Positions 56,350-64,000 of a stretch of DNA of 64,000 nucleotides are shown one piece after another. Within the stretch, counting starts at the first letter, position 1, and the number at the start of each line of letters is the position of its first letter. Position numbers and translations under genes: made by a program. The DNA is from Alphaproteobacteria bacterium (GTDB lineage: Bacteria > Pseudomonadota > Alphaproteobacteria > Micropepsales > Micropepsaceae): assembly GCA_021324545.1 (NCBI GenBank), contig JAJPIX010000036.1, forward strand, positions 1,249 to 65,248, given 5' to 3'. The notes beneath the pieces were generated by a model, which saw nothing but the letters and a program-made list of their open reading frames with translations, did no database searches and was not told the DNA's origin.

Positions 56350-56547
56350 ATGCCCAAGCTCAAGACCAAATCGAGCGCCAAAAAGCGCTTCAAATTCACG
56401 GCAAGCGGCAAGATCAAGCACGGCCAGGTCGGCAAGCGCCATGGCATGATCAAGCGTTCCAATGAGCAAATCCGGGAACTGCGCGGGACGTCCACGCTCT
56501 CGCCATCCGAAACCCAGCGCGTGAAGCGCTGGATGCCGTACGGCTGA
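56350..56547 (+). CDS. rpmI: 50S ribosomal protein L35
   Basis: [15 protein letters not shown]...; 65 codons. Confidence 0.95.
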   Translation: MPKLKTKSSAKKRFKFTASGKIKHGQVGKRHGMIKRSNEQIRELRGTSTLSPSETQRVKRWMPYG

Positions 56548-56557
56548 GGAGGCACAG

Positions 56558-56911
56558 ATGTCCAGAGCTCCCCGCGCCGTTCCAAGCCATGCCCGCCGCA
56601 AGAAGGTTTTCAAGCAGGCCAAGGGCTTCTATGGCCGCCGCAAGAACAACATCACCTCGGCCAACGCCGCGGTGGACCGGTCGCTGCAGCACAATTACAT
56701 CGGGCGCAAGCTGAAGAAGCGCAATTTCCGCGCCCTGTGGATCCAGCGCATCAACGCCGCCGTGCGCGAACACGGAATGACCTACAGCCGATTTATGAGC
56801 GGGCTTGCCAAGGCCGGCATCGAAATCGACCGCAAGGTGCTTTCCGATCTGGCCATCCGCGAGCCCGAAGCCTTCAAGGCCCTGGTGGACCAGGCTGGCG
56901 CGAACGCCTAA
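56558..56911 (+). CDS. rplT: 50S ribosomal protein L20
   Basis: [18 protein letters not shown]...; 117 codons. Confidence 0.95.
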   Translation: MSRAPRAVPSHARRKKVFKQAKGFYGRRKNNITSANAAVDRSLQHNYIGRKLKKRNFRALWIQRINAAVREHGMTYSRFMSGLAKAGIEIDRKVLSDLAIREPEAFKALVDQAGANA

Positions 56912-56966
56912 ATCGCCACTCGCCTCGCATCCACCGTCTGTTCCAGATTAGAGGTGGATACGAATC

Positions 56967-58043
56967 ATGAGCGACATTGCCAAGCTTGAACGTGACATCC
57001 TTGCCGCCGTGAAGGCGGCAAAGGACGAGGCGTCGCTGGAAGCCGCGCGCGTCGCCGCGCTGGGCAAAAAAGGTTCCATCAGCGAGCTTTTAAAAACGCT
57101 GGGCGCGATGAGCGCCGAAGAACGCAAGGCAAAAGGCCCGGCGTTCAATTCGCTGCGCGACCGGGTGGCCGGCGCGATCGCGGCACGCAGGGCCGAACTT
57201 GCCGACGCGTCGCTGAATTCGCGGCTGCAATCCGAAAAAATCGACGTGACCTTGCCTGCGCGCCCGGAGCCGCGCGGCACGGTGCACCCCGTATCGCAGG
57301 TGTTTGACGAGCTCACGGCCATCTTCGCCGATCTCGGCTTTGCCGTCGCCGAAGGGCCGGACGTCGAATACGACGACTACAATTTCACCAAACTCAACAT
57401 CCCGCCCGATCACGCGGCGCGCCAGATGCACGACACCTTTTATGTGTCGAGGCAGGCCGACGGCGAGCGGCACGTGTTGCGCACACACACGTCGCCGGTG
57501 CAGGTGCGCACCATGCTCAAACAGAAGCCGCCCATCCGCATCATCGCGCCCGGGCGAACCTATCGCGTGGATTCGGACGCCACACATTCCCCGATGTTCC
57601 ACCAGTTCGAAGGGCTTGTGGTCGACGACGCGACCAATCTTGGCCATCTCAAATGGACCTTGGAGGAATTCTGCAAAGCCTTCTTCGAGGTCGACAAGGT
57701 CGAGATGCGGGCACGCCCGAGCTACTTTCCCTTCACCGAGCCGTCGGTCGAATGGGATCTGCGCTGCGACCGGTCGGGCGGGCAGATCAAATTCGGCACC
57801 GGCAACGACTGGCTCGAGCTTGCCGGCTCCGGCATCGTGCATCCGCGCGTGCTTGCGATGTGCGGCATCGATCCGGAGAAATATCAGGGCTATGCCTTCG
57901 GCGGCGGAATCGACCGCCTTGCCATGCTGAAATACGGCATCCCCGACATCCGCAGCTTTTTCGAATCCGATCTCCGGTGGCTGCGCCATTACGGCTTTGC
58001 GGCGCTCGACATCCCCACCCTCGACGGAGGGCTGTCGCGATGA
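56967..58043 (+). CDS. pheS: phenylalanine--tRNA ligase alpha subunit
   Basis: Class II motifs ([41 protein letters not shown]). Confidence 0.95.
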   Translation: MSDIAKLERDILAAVKAAKDEASLEAARVAALGKKGSISELLKTLGAMSAEERKAKGPAFNSLRDRVAGAIAARRAELADASLNSRLQSEKIDVTLPARPEPRGTVHPVSQVFDELTAIFADLGFAVAEGPDVEYDDYNFTKLNIPPDHAARQMHDTFYVSRQADGERHVLRTHTSPVQVRTMLKQKPPIRIIAPGRTYRVDSDATHSPMFHQFEGLVVDDATNLGHLKWTLEEFCKAFFEVDKVEMRARPSYFPFTEPSVEWDLRCDRSGGQIKFGTGNDWLELAGSGIVHPRVLAMCGIDPEKYQGYAFGGGIDRLAMLKYGIPDIRSFFESDLRWLRHYGFAALDIPTLDGGLSR

Positions 58044-60436
58044 AATTCACGCTTTCCTGGCTCAAGAATCCGCTGGAGACCGACGCGGACGCCCAGGCCA
58101 TTGCCGACAGGCTCACCAGCATCGGGCTTGAGGTGGAATCGGTCGAAGATGCGGGCGCGCGGCTGAAGGAATTCACGGTCGCATATGTCATCTCCGCCGA
58201 AAAACATCCCAATGCCGACAAGCTGAAGCTTTGCATGGTGGACACGGGCGGGCCCGCGCCCGTGCAGGTGGTGTGCGGCGCGCCCAATGCGCACACCGGC
58301 ATGAAAGCGGTGTTCGCAAAACCCGGTGTTGTCATTCCTGCGTCGGGCGAAGTTCTGAAAGTGGGAACCATTCGCGGCGTGGAATCGCGCGGCATGTTGT
58401 GTTCGGCGCGGGAGCTGATGCTGGGAGATGACCACACCGGCATCATCGAGCTCGGCGCCGATGCGAAAGTCGGCGAACCGGCGGCCAGGGCGCTGGGCCT
58501 GAACGATCCGGTGATTGATGTGGCGCTGACGCCCAATCGCGGCGATGCGGCGAGTGTTTACGGCATTGCGCGCGATCTGGCGGCCGCAGGGATGGGCCGG
58601 TTGCGCGAAGGCGATCTGTCGCCCGTGAAGGGCCAATTTGCCTCGCCCATCAGGACGGGGCTCGACTTTCCGGCCGGCGCCGAAAATGCCGCGCCGATGT
58701 TTGCCGGCCGCCTGATCCGCGGAGTGAAGAACGGCCCTTCGCCGCAATGGCTGCAGGACTGGCTGAAGGCTGTGGGCCTGCGCCCGATTTCGGCTCTGGT
58801 GGATGTCACCAATTTCATTGCGCTGGATCGCGGCAGGCCCTTGCATGTGTTTGACGCAGCAAAGCTCAAGGGAAACCTGCGCGCGCGTTTTGCCAGCGAT
58901 GGCGAGCAGATTTTGGCGCTGGACGGCAAGACCTACACGCTCGATTCCGGAATGGTGGTGATCGCCGATGAAGCGCGTGCGGTGGGCATCGGCGGCGTGA
59001 TGGGCGGCGAGGATACGGCCTGCACGGAATCAACGACCGACGTCTTCATCGAGTCGGCGCTGTTCGATCCGGTGCGCGTCGCCCGCGCGGGCCGGCTGCT
59101 CGGCATCCAGTCCGATGCGCGTTATCGCTTTGAGCGCGGCGTCGATCCGGAATTCGTGCTGCCGGGCCTTGAGCTCGCCACGAAGATGATCCTGAAATTC
59201 TGCGGCGGCGAGCCATCGGACGTGGTCGTTGCGGGAGCTGTGCCCCAATGGCGGCGCGAAATCGCATTTTCGCCCGAGACCGTGAAAAAGCTCGCCGGCA
59301 TCGCGCTGCCGAAAGCGGAAATCGCCGACATTCTGAAGCGGCTTGGCTTTGACGTGACCGAAGGCGAACCGATGAAGGTTTCGCCGCCATCCTGGCGGGG
59401 CGACATCGAAGGCAAGGCCGATCTGGTGGAAGAAGTTGTGCGCATCTACGGCCTGGACAAGGTGCCATCGCTTGCGATGACGCGTCCGCAGGCCGTGGCC
59501 AGACCCACGCTGACGGCGGCGCAGGTGCGCATGCGCACCGTTCGCCGGGCGCTTGCGGCCCGCGGCTTCAACGAGTGCATCAGCTTTTCCTTCATCGCGC
59601 GCGCCCATGCGAGGCTTTTTGGCGGCGGCGACGATGCGCGCGAGCTGGAAAATCCCATTGCCGCCGATCTGGATGCCTTGCGGCCGAGCGTTCTGCCCTC
59701 GCTTCTGGCGGCAGCGCAGAAAAATGCCGCCCGCGGCTTTTCCGACCAGATGCTGTTTGAGATCGGCGCGCAATTCCAGAGCGGCATTCCCGGCGCGCAG
59801 GCCAATGTGGCCGCCGGCCTTCGCGCGGGCAACGGCGAGCGCAGCTGGACGAAAGCCAGCCACGCAGCGGACGCGTTTGACGCAAAGGCCGACATGCTGG
59901 CCGCGCTCGAGGCCGCCATGGGCGGGCCGATGACCGCGCCGGTGAAAGCGGGCGCTGCGGAATGGTATCACCCCGGCCGTTCCGGCACGCTGGCGCTTGG
60001 GCCCAAAGTGCTCGGCTATTTCGGCGAGCTGCATCCGAAGGTGCTTGATGCCTTCGATCTGAAAGGACCGGTTGCGGCCTTCGAAGTGTTTCTGGATGCG
60101 ATTCCCGAACCGAAATCGAAATCGAGAGCGCGCTCGCAATTTGCGCCGTCGCCTTTCCAGGCCGTCGAGCGCGACTTTGCCTTTGTGCTGGACGCAAATG
60201 TTTCGGCAGAGGATGTGCTGAAGGCCGCGCGCGCCGCCGACCGCAATCTGATCGAGAGCGTGCAGCTGTTCGACCTATACGAAGGCAGGAATGTGCCCGA
60301 CGGCAAGAAGTCGCTTGCGATTGCCGTTCGCCTTCAGCCGAAGGACCGGACGCTCACCGATGCGGAGATCGAAGCCGTCGCGGCAAAGATTGTGGACGCC
60401 GTGGCGAAAGCCACGGGCGGCAGCTTGCGGACGTGA
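58040..60436 (+). CDS. pheT: phenylalanine--tRNA ligase beta subunit
   Basis: [10 protein letters not shown]-terminus with tRNA-binding, B3/4, B5 and FDX-ACB regions. ATGA overlap with pheS. Confidence 0.95.
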   Translation: MKFTLSWLKNPLETDADAQAIADRLTSIGLEVESVEDAGARLKEFTVAYVISAEKHPNADKLKLCMVDTGGPAPVQVVCGAPNAHTGMKAVFAKPGVVIPASGEVLKVGTIRGVESRGMLCSARELMLGDDHTGIIELGADAKVGEPAARALGLNDPVIDVALTPNRGDAASVYGIARDLAAAGMGRLREGDLSPVKGQFASPIRTGLDFPAGAENAAPMFAGRLIRGVKNGPSPQWLQDWLKAVGLRPISALVDVTNFIALDRGRPLHVFDAAKLKGNLRARFASDGEQILALDGKTYTLDSGMVVIADEARAVGIGGVMGGEDTACTESTTDVFIESALFDPVRVARAGRLLGIQSDARYRFERGVDPEFVLPGLELATKMILKFCGGEPSDVVVAGAVPQWRREIAFSPETVKKLAGIALPKAEIADILKRLGFDVTEGEPMKVSPPSWRGDIEGKADLVEEVVRIYGLDKVPSLAMTRPQAVARPTLTAAQVRMRTVRRALAARGFNECISFSFIARAHARLFGGGDDARELENPIAADLDALRPSVLPSLLAAAQKNAARGFSDQMLFEIGAQFQSGIPGAQANVAAGLRAGNGERSWTKASHAADAFDAKADMLAALEAAMGGPMTAPVKAGAAEWYHPGRSGTLALGPKVLGYFGELHPKVLDAFDLKGPVAAFEVFLDAIPEPKSKSRARSQFAPSPFQAVERDFAFVLDANVSAEDVLKAARAADRNLIESVQLFDLYEGRNVPDGKKSLAIAVRLQPKDRTLTDAEIEAVAAKIVDAVAKATGGSLRT

Positions 60437-60458
60437 GCGCGTGAACTGCTTCGGCGAT

Positions 60459-60594
60459 CCGCCCTCCGCCCGTTTCGCGGGCATCTTCCCCGTAAACGGG
60501 GGAGGAAAACCCGCAAGGCACACCCCTCTTTTTCCTCCGCCGCATGCGGGGGAGGTGCGGAGCGAGCATTTCGCGAGCGAGGCGGAGGGGGGAG
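60459..60594. repeat. structured palindromic intergenic element related to 1336-1443
   Basis: Outer imperfect inverted repeat CCCTCCGCC...GGCGGAGGG. Inner hairpins CTTCCCCGTAAACGGGGGAGG and CCTCCGCCGCATGCGGGGGAGG. Fills most of the pheT-MFS gap. Confidence 0.5.
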
Positions 60595-60608
60595 CGACCT
60601 GAACCCCA

Positions 60609-61778
60609 ATGCAATCCTTCGACAAGCGCTCCGCCCTTGCCTTCATCATTGCCTTCGGCATCGTCAGCCTGTTTGCCGACATGGCGTACGAAGGCATGCG
60701 TTCGTCCACCGGGCCGTTTCTGGCCGAGCTTGGCGCAAGCGGCACGGCGGTGGGCATCATCGCGGGCACCGGCGAACTCTTCGGCTACCTTTTGCGCCTG
60801 GGCTCCGGCCGGCTTACCGAACGCACACGCGCCTATTGGGCGATCGCGATTGCCGGCTATGCGCTGCAGATGGCGGCGGTTCCGCTTCTGGCGTTCGCCG
60901 GCAACTGGTTCGTGGCGGCGCTTCTGATCGTGGCCGAACGCGCGGGCAAGGCGCTGCGCAATCCGGCCGCCAACACCATGATGTCCAAGGCCGGCGAACA
61001 GATCGGCCAGGGCTGGGCGTTCGGACTGCACGAGGCGCTGGATCAGACGGGCGCACTCGCCGGTCCTCTGATCGCCGCGCTTACGCTTGCGCTGCACGGA
61101 AGCTATCGCGCGGCCTTTCTCTGGCTGGGCGTGCCGGCGGCGCTCACCGTATTGAGCGTTGTTGTGGTCTCGCTCCGCTATCCCCATGCGGGTGAGATTC
61201 CGCCTGCGCCGCGCCATGAAACCGGCGTTGCCGGCTTTTCCCGCGCCTTCTGGCTTTATGCGCTGGCGTCGGCGCTGGTGGGTTTCGGCTTCGCGGACTG
61301 GCCCCTGATTGCCTATCACGACGCGAAAGCCGGCATCGCCCCCGCCGATTTGATTGCCGTGTTCTATGCCTGCGCGATGGGCGCAAGCGGCGCGGGATCG
61401 CTGATCTTTGGCCGTTGGTTCGACCGCAGGGGCCTGTTCGTGCTGGTTCCCGGAGTCCTGCTCGGCGCGGTTATGGCGCCTCTGGCCTTTTTCAGCAGCT
61501 TCTGGCCGGCCTTTGCGGGCGCGCTTCTTTGGGGCGTGTCCATGGGCGTGCACGATGCCGTCATGAATGCGGCGGTGGCGCACATGGTGCCGCAGGCGTT
61601 GCGCGCCCGCGCCTACGGAATCTTCACCGCGATCTATGGCATCGCCTGGTTTGCGGGCAGCTCCATTCTCGGAATCATCTACGATGTTTCGATTCCGGGA
61701 CTTGTTGCGCTTTCGATCGTTGCCGAACTGGCCGCGCTTGTTCCGCTTCTGCGTTCAATTCGCGAAGCCGGGAAATAG
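60609..61778 (+). CDS. MFS transporter
   Basis: 389 codons, about 12 TM helices, and a GRLTERT-like loop motif. Confidence 0.8.
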   Translation: MQSFDKRSALAFIIAFGIVSLFADMAYEGMRSSTGPFLAELGASGTAVGIIAGTGELFGYLLRLGSGRLTERTRAYWAIAIAGYALQMAAVPLLAFAGNWFVAALLIVAERAGKALRNPAANTMMSKAGEQIGQGWAFGLHEALDQTGALAGPLIAALTLALHGSYRAAFLWLGVPAALTVLSVVVVSLRYPHAGEIPPAPRHETGVAGFSRAFWLYALASALVGFGFADWPLIAYHDAKAGIAPADLIAVFYACAMGASGAGSLIFGRWFDRRGLFVLVPGVLLGAVMAPLAFFSSFWPAFAGALLWGVSMGVHDAVMNAAVAHMVPQALRARAYGIFTAIYGIAWFAGSSILGIIYDVSIPGLVALSIVAELAALVPLLRSIREAGK

Positions 61779-61804
61779 AAAGGCCGGGATTTGGCCCGGC
61801 CTTT
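61779..61804. terminator. bidirectional Rho-independent terminator
   Basis: Perfect 10-bp stem AAAGGCCGGG / CCCGGCCTTT with a 6-nt loop, between convergent genes (stops at 61778 and 61814). Confidence 0.75.
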
Positions 61805-61813
61805 CCAAATCAT

Positions 61814-62773
61814 TCATTCCGCGAGCCAGTATTGCATCGGCGGATTGGGCCGCGCCACGAAGCACTGCCGGTTCAGCCGGTAGGTCTGGATCACGGCCTG
61901 CGCCTGCAACGCCGCCGAATGGTCGGAGCCGAAATCGAGCACCCATTGCGGGCCATCCACGATTTTCCAGGCGCCGCCTGCAAAGGCTGCATGGGCGGTA
62001 TCCGGATTGACGTGCACGCAATCCTGACCGGCCATGTTGCCGCGCGGGATTTGCCCGTTGCGCTTCCAATAGGTCATGGACGCGTTGGGCCGCACCACGA
62101 AGCATTGCTGGTCGAAACGATAGTGATGCACGATGTCGGCTGCGCGATGCGCTGCCGCGGCGTTGCCGCCGAAATCCAGAATCCAGTGACCGCCATCGGC
62201 AAGCTTCCATGCGCCGCCCTGGAACGAGGCATCGGTCGTGTCGGGATTGAAGCCCACGCAGTCTTCCGAAAGCGAAGGACCCGGCCCCGGCGGAGGCGGG
62301 TAAGGACCAGGCCCCGGGCCGGGACCTGGCGGCATGGGCGGCATGAAAGCACGGCGCAGACGGCCATTCATGTCGTAATCGCGCCGTCCCGAACCATCGG
62401 TGAAGTCTGTCAGCACTTCGAAGGCCAGCCTGTCGCCCACGATGTCGCGCAGGATGACGACGGTTTTGGCAAAGCCCGTGTCATAGCGCGCCATCACGCT
62501 GTGCACATGGTTGGAACCGACGCTGTCGAAATAGGAATGTCCGGGCACCGTTCCCCAGTCGCAATCGGTGGGGTGGCATTGCCCGAACACCTGCACGTTC
62601 ACATGATTGCCGCCCGCGGGCGTCACCACCACGCGGGTGATGCCGGTGGTGTCGGGATCGGTGTTCACCCAGTTGCCCACCAGATCGGAAATGTCGGCCG
62701 ACGCCGGCGCGGCAAGCGCCAAAATCGCGACCGCAATGGCGATGCCGCCATAGCGCAGCATTCTGCTCCTCAT
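61814..62773 (-). CDS. exported protein: N-terminal domain, Pro/Gly linker, two tandem ~70-residue Cys-containing repeats; unknown family
   Basis: 319 codons from ATG 62771-62773, preceded by GGGGAG. Signal peptide LRYGGIAIAVAILALAAPASA. Linker PPMPPGPGPGPGPYPPPPGPGP. Repeats are DCVGFNPDT...GGAWKLADG..WILDFG...QCFVVRPN..M.YW and DCVHVNPDT...GGAWKIVDG..WVLDFG...QCFVARPN..MQYW. Confidence 0.7.
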   Translation of the reverse strand: MRSRMLRYGGIAIAVAILALAAPASADISDLVGNWVNTDPDTTGITRVVVTPAGGNHVNVQVFGQCHPTDCDWGTVPGHSYFDSVGSNHVHSVMARYDTGFAKTVVILRDIVGDRLAFEVLTDFTDGSGRRDYDMNGRLRRAFMPPMPPGPGPGPGPYPPPPGPGPSLSEDCVGFNPDTTDASFQGGAWKLADGGHWILDFGGNAAAAHRAADIVHHYRFDQQCFVVRPNASMTYWKRNGQIPRGNMAGQDCVHVNPDTAHAAFAGGAWKIVDGPQWVLDFGSDHSAALQAQAVIQTYRLNRQCFVARPNPPMQYWLAE

Positions 62774-62906
62774 TTTCGCTACTCCCCGAATTGTTGCCGC
62801 GCGGGCCCATTCTTCCGGCGGCGGGCCATTTTGACTCTTTCGCAAGGCGGGGGATAGGCGGGCCCGCTGGACGGATGGGGAACGCGCCGCTATTACCGCG
62901 CCCCTG

Positions 62907-64000
62907 ATGACCAGCCTTTCGCACATCCGCAATTTTTCCATCGTGGCCCATATCGACCACGGCAAGTCCACGCTGGCCGACCGGCTGATCCAGCAGACGG
63001 GCGGGCTTTCCCAGCGCGAGATGAAGGAACAGGTGCTCGATTCCATGGAGATCGAGCGGGAGCGCGGCATCACCATCAAGGCCCAGACGGTGCGCCTGAA
63101 TTACAGGGCGAAGAACGGCGAAGACTATGTCCTGAACCTGATGGACACGCCGGGCCATGTGGACTTTGCCTATGAGGTTTCGCGCTGCCTTGCGGCCTGC
63201 GAAGGCGCGCTGCTTGTGGTGGACGCAAGCCAGGGCGTGGAAGCGCAGACGCTGGCCAATGTCTATCAGGCGATCGACGCCGGTCTCGAAATCGTGCCGG
63301 TGCTCAACAAGATCGATCTGCCCGCGGCCGAGCCCGATCGTGTGAAGCAGCAGATCGAGGATGTGATCGGGCTGGATGCATCGGAGGCCATTCCGATTTC
63401 CGCAAAAACCGGACTGAACATCGACCAGGTGCTGGAAGCGATCGTCCACCGGCTTCCCCCGCCGAAAGGCAACGCCGACGCGCCGCTGAAAGCCTTGCTG
63501 GTGGACAGCTGGTACGACGCCTATCTCGGGGTTGTGGTTCTTGTGCGCATCGTGGACGGCGAGATCCGGCGCGGCCAGAAAATCCGCATGATGGCATCCA
63601 ACGCGGTGTATCAGGTCGAGCGCGTGGGCGTGTTCACGCCCAAGCAGGTGCTGGTGGAGGCGCTTGGCCCCGGCGAGGTGGGGTTCATCACCGCGGCGAT
63701 CAAGGAAGTGGCCGACACGCAGGTCGGCGACACGCTGACCGACGAGCGCAGGGGCACGGCCACGCCGCTTCCCGGGTTCAAGCCGGCGCAGCAAGTGGTG
63801 TTTTGCGGATTGTTTCCGGTGGATGCCGCGCAGTTCGAGGATCTGCGCGACGCGCTGTCGAAGCTTCATCTCAACGATGCGAGCTTCACCTATGAAACCG
63901 AAACGAGCGCCGCGCTGGGTTTTGGCTTCCGCTGCGGATTTTTGGGCCTTCTGCATCTGGAAATCGTGCGCGAGCGGCTGGAGCGGGAATTCAATCTTGA
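62907..64000 (+). CDS. lepA: elongation factor 4 (LepA), 5' part; continues past the window end
   Basis: [27 protein letters not shown]1 motif, [12 protein letters not shown]. The frame is open to the window edge, so it is absent from the stop-delimited ORF track. Confidence 0.95.
   Translation, partial: MTSLSHIRNFSIVAHIDHGKSTLADRLIQQTGGLSQREMKEQVLDSMEIERERGITIKAQTVRLNYRAKNGEDYVLNLMDTPGHVDFAYEVSRCLAACEGALLVVDASQGVEAQTLANVYQAIDAGLEIVPVLNKIDLPAAEPDRVKQQIEDVIGLDASEAIPISAKTGLNIDQVLEAIVHRLPPPKGNADAPLKALLVDSWYDAYLGVVVLVRIVDGEIRRGQKIRMMASNAVYQVERVGVFTPKQVLVEALGPGEVGFITAAIKEVADTQVGDTLTDERRGTATPLPGFKPAQQVVFCGLFPVDAAQFEDLRDALSKLHLNDASFTYETETSAALGFGFRCGFLGLLHLEIVRERLEREFNL

Noticed and set aside
57653-58039. 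N-terminal extension of the pheT ORF in the ORF track
   Set aside because: It overlaps pheS out of frame. The canonical PheT N-terminus MKFTLSWLK starts at 58040 with an ATGA overlap.
62273-62344. Short GGNCCN-type nucleotide repeats; also the A/G-rich repeats at 53420-53620
   Set aside because: Both are in-frame coding low-complexity regions (a Pro/Gly linker and a Lys/Arg/Ala tail). They are not CRISPR, VNTR or non-coding repeats.

Overview
GC-rich, densely packed chromosomal segment. Gene content and order look alphaproteobacterial, probably Hyphomicrobiales/Rhizobiales-like. That is an inference from hemJ, a Tim44-like gene, an OlsB-like gene, the ppsR-like-maf-aroE-coaE-dnaQ string and GGAAC-N16/17-CGTT promoters. 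I call 76 protein-coding loci; two are frame-disrupted and two are cut by the window edges. I saw no rRNA or tRNA gene, no CRISPR array, and no transposase, integrase or phage gene. Most of the window is housekeeping: pstSCAB, gshB, rsmI-yraN with a divergent LpoA-like lipoprotein, hemW-rdgB-rph, hrcA-grpE, dapB, nth, Tim44-like-mltA-smr-yjbQ, secB, dnaQ-coaE-aroE-maf, hemE-hemH-hemJ-rho, msrB, mscL, rpmI-rplT-pheS-pheT and lepA. Four-base ATGA/GTGA stop-start overlaps are very common. The window therefore reads as core genome, and I cannot point to a clear-cut new multi-gene system. The items most worth a second look are: (1) a MoxR AAA+/CoxE-type VWA operon interrupted by two exported paralogues of unknown family and extended by coupled GNAT and GST genes; (2) three well-placed EcfG-type (general stress response) promoter matches, in front of a Gly-zipper lipoprotein, an iron-permease-family gene and a histone-H1-like basic protein; (3) a secreted protein with a Pro/Gly linker and two tandem Cys-containing repeats of unknown family; (4) two single-base frame disruptions (M24 peptidase, yjbQ); (5) a palindromic intergenic repeat family with two copies; (6) a near-consensus sigma70 promoter firing antisense into yjbQ; (7) a hybrid histidine kinase translationally coupled to ampG. 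All functional calls rest on motif and family recognition by eye. No database search was run.
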